This document shows, piece after piece, positions 62,026-64,000 of a DNA stretch of 64,000 nucleotides. How positions within the stretch are numbered: the first letter of the stretch is position 1; every line of letters begins with the position of its first letter. The notes under the pieces were generated by a model, which was not told the origin of the DNA, ran no database searches, and was given only the letters and a program-made list of their open reading frames with translations. This stretch comes from Myxococcota bacterium (GTDB taxonomy: Bacteria > Myxococcota > UBA4151), in contig JAYZBQ010000022.1 in the NCBI GenBank assembly GCA_036338695.1, forward strand, positions 11,644 through 75,643. The letters are read 5' to 3'. The position numbers and the translations under genes were made by a program.

Positions 62026-63143
62026 TCACGATGCACCGACACGTACTCGCACTCGCCATGACCATATTTTGCTTGGGCTGCCCTGCTGACGACCCGCAGA
62101 CTACCGACGCCGGCGTCCCGCCGATCGCCGATGCGGGCGCGGACAACGGCACGGACTGCCAGACCGTCCCGAGTGAAGACCTCGGTGTCTGCGCCGTGGC
62201 GGACGACGCCTACCTCCCGCGCCAGAACGGCTCGGCGGATGACGCTTGGGACGCCTGCATCACCGACGACAACACCTACCACCTCGCTGGCGAGAGCACG
62301 CCCTCGTCAGTGGCGCGCGTCGAAGCGTTCGATCGCATCGGCGCTTTGTTGTGGGATCACTCGATCGCGCCGCCCGCCGACCATTTCGTTCAAGCCAAGC
62401 TGATCTACGCAGAAGACAGCGGCGTCGGCTCGCGCGTGGCGCGCCGCTACGATACGCACTACCCCAAGCCGCCCAACGGCGAGAGCTGCCAAGACGAGGG
62501 CGTCCCTGCGCAGTACCCCGACTATTGCGTCGGCCCAGCGACGCTTGAGCCGATCATCAACGAAGCCTTCTTGCAAGGCGGTCAAGGCAACGACCCAGCG
62601 CTCAACTCGGCGCGCATCCGCGCCGCGCTGATGTGGTTTTACTACGTCTCCGCCGTCAAAGAGGGCATGAGCTGCGCAGCGAAAGCGAAAGACTGCGACA
62701 GCTCGTGGGCGTACCACACGGGCGGAACCGATCGAGACAACCCGATCGGCTTAGGTCGAGCCATCAAGCGCGTAGCGCCCGAGACCTACAACCAAGCCTT
62801 TGATGGCAACCTCGCCATTCGCTGCTGGCGCGACCTCGACAGCGCCGAGACGGCTGAAAATGAAGCCCTACAGTTGCGTGCAGTCAACCAGCTTGATGCG
62901 GCGCTGATTCAAGGCTTTGCGGCGATCATCAAAGACGAGCTTGACCATGCCGATTGCTCAACAGGCCTTTACCGAGAGTCAGCGCTTGAATTTGTGCGCA
63001 CCGTGGCGCCGCTCTTCGATCGCCCCTTTGCCGAAAAAGACCCGACTGCCGCCGCAGCCTTTCTGGCTGGTTTAGAGGGTGAGGTGAACGTTCCAACCCT
63101 CACCGGCTATGTGTTCAATACCTTTGACTGTGGAAGCCGCTAG
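62022..63143 (+). CDS. Cys-containing lipoprotein coupled to the TonB receptor, possibly FEA1/imelysin-like iron-binding
   Basis: Lipobox LGC; start overlaps the receptor stop; helical domain with 'DSSWAYHTGG'. Confidence 0.55.
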   Translation: MITMHRHVLALAMTIFCLGCPADDPQTTDAGVPPIADAGADNGTDCQTVPSEDLGVCAVADDAYLPRQNGSADDAWDACITDDNTYHLAGESTPSSVARVEAFDRIGALLWDHSIAPPADHFVQAKLIYAEDSGVGSRVARRYDTHYPKPPNGESCQDEGVPAQYPDYCVGPATLEPIINEAFLQGGQGNDPALNSARIRAALMWFYYVSAVKEGMSCAAKAKDCDSSWAYHTGGTDRDNPIGLGRAIKRVAPETYNQAFDGNLAIRCWRDLDSAETAENEALQLRAVNQLDAALIQGFAAIIKDELDHADCSTGLYRESALEFVRTVAPLFDRPFAEKDPTAAAAFLAGLEGEVNVPTLTGYVFNTFDCGSR

Positions 63144-64000
63144 TCGAAGACGACCTGAAGCGGTAGGGCGGCGTAGCGCTTCTCGCCCACGCAACGACCT
63201 TGATCGACTCGATCACAGTGATGATCCGGCGCTTCTTGCGCCAAGCCCTCTTCGCTCCCCCAACAGTAGACGGCGCCGCCGCGTGAGCGGGCGCAGACGT
63301 GGCGCGTAGCGACCGCAACCTGCTGGATCGGGGGGAGCCCATTGACCGGGTCGGTGCTTGGCTCACCACGCAGCCCCACGCCTAGCTGACCGTGGCTGTT
63401 CGAGCCCGCACAGAGGACCTGCCCCGTCGATCGGACCATGCAACCCTGGCAGGCTGCCTGCGAACCGCAGGCGTAATGCCTGGAGCGCGCCAGCACCTCG
63501 TCCTCGGTGTGGGGGGTTCCGCCCCAGCAGCGCATCTGCGACGCCTCATCGAGCGCACACGCGCCGAGCCCGTCGCCATAGACGCCTAGGCTCAGGTCGA
63601 TCACGCCGACTGCGCCGACCACAGGACGCGGCCTGGGTTCAGCGACGGGATCAGCCGCCTCCACCGCATCCCAGCTGAGCAGGCTGGCGCTGAGCGACCC
63701 CCAGCACGAGATCGTCTGGTCACGGCGCAGGGCGCAGGTGGTGCTTCCGGCAGCGACGACATCGACGGCGTCGTCCAAACGCTGCACCGCAACCGGCAAG
63801 GCCTGACCGCGGTCAGCGCCTACCCAGCCGTCGCCTAGCTGACCCTGCGTGTTCTCGCCCCAACAAAAAACGCGGCCAGACGCCACCACGGCGCAGGTAT
63901 GCCCGGCGCTGCGCGCGATCCGGCGCGCATCCTGCAGTCCGGGCACCACGCTGAGCTCGGCGGCGTCTCGAACCCAGCGCGCCACGCGACCGTCGACCAA
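63140..64000 (-). CDS. RCC1-repeat protein (partial, runs off window)
   Basis: HTCAV..GRVFCWGEN..GQLG, TCAL..ISCWG, HVCA..GAVYCWG repeats. Confidence 0.85.
   Translation of the reverse strand: MVDGRVARWVRDAAELSVVPGLQDARRIARSAGHTCAVVASGRVFCWGENTQGQLGDGWVGADRGQALPVAVQRLDDAVDVVAAGSTTCALRRDQTISCWGSLSASLLSWDAVEAADPVAEPRPRPVVGAVGVIDLSLGVYGDGLGACALDEASQMRCWGGTPHTEDEVLARSRHYACGSQAACQGCMVRSTGQVLCAGSNSHGQLGVGLRGEPSTDPVNGLPPIQQVAVATRHVCARSRGGAVYCWGSEEGLAQEAPDHHCDRVDQGRCVGEKRYAALPLQVVFD

Overview
GC-rich, densely coded bacterial DNA that looks like a Myxococcota/deltaproteobacterial genome: MYXO-CTERM-like tails, Cys-rich CGDG repeat lipoproteins and many DAG-linker lipoproteins. About 60 CDS are present. 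I saw no rRNA, tRNA, CRISPR array, integrase or transposase. The left half (1-36 kb) is mixed housekeeping and secreted-protein content: two-component system, sodium:solute symporter, acyl desaturase, glyQS, RlmI-like methyltransferase, malate-synthase-like protein, monomeric icd and modABC. The main result is an island of about 19 kb (36.5-55.5 kb) that reads as a light/photo-oxidative-stress regulon. It encodes a one-component regulator made of a BldC/excisionase-type HTH fused to a photoactive yellow protein (PYP) domain (50082-50630), preceded by a 57-aa two-repeat helical protein. Eight AT-rich intergenic regions in the island, including the one upstream of the regulator, carry head-to-tail pairs of a 9-bp direct repeat (approx. 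AAWCGACCA), the kind of site BldC-type HTHs bind. Genes next to these sites include photolyase, ribA, hemH, a SOUL haem-binding protein, a renalase-like oxidoreductase, TIGR01777, DUF1295, DUF2177, DUF2878 and YbgA. One operon ends with a biliverdin reductase A-like gene coupled to a secreted FABP-fold protein, which suggests a possible bilirubin-based photoprotection module. All family calls come from motif recognition by eye; no database searches were run.
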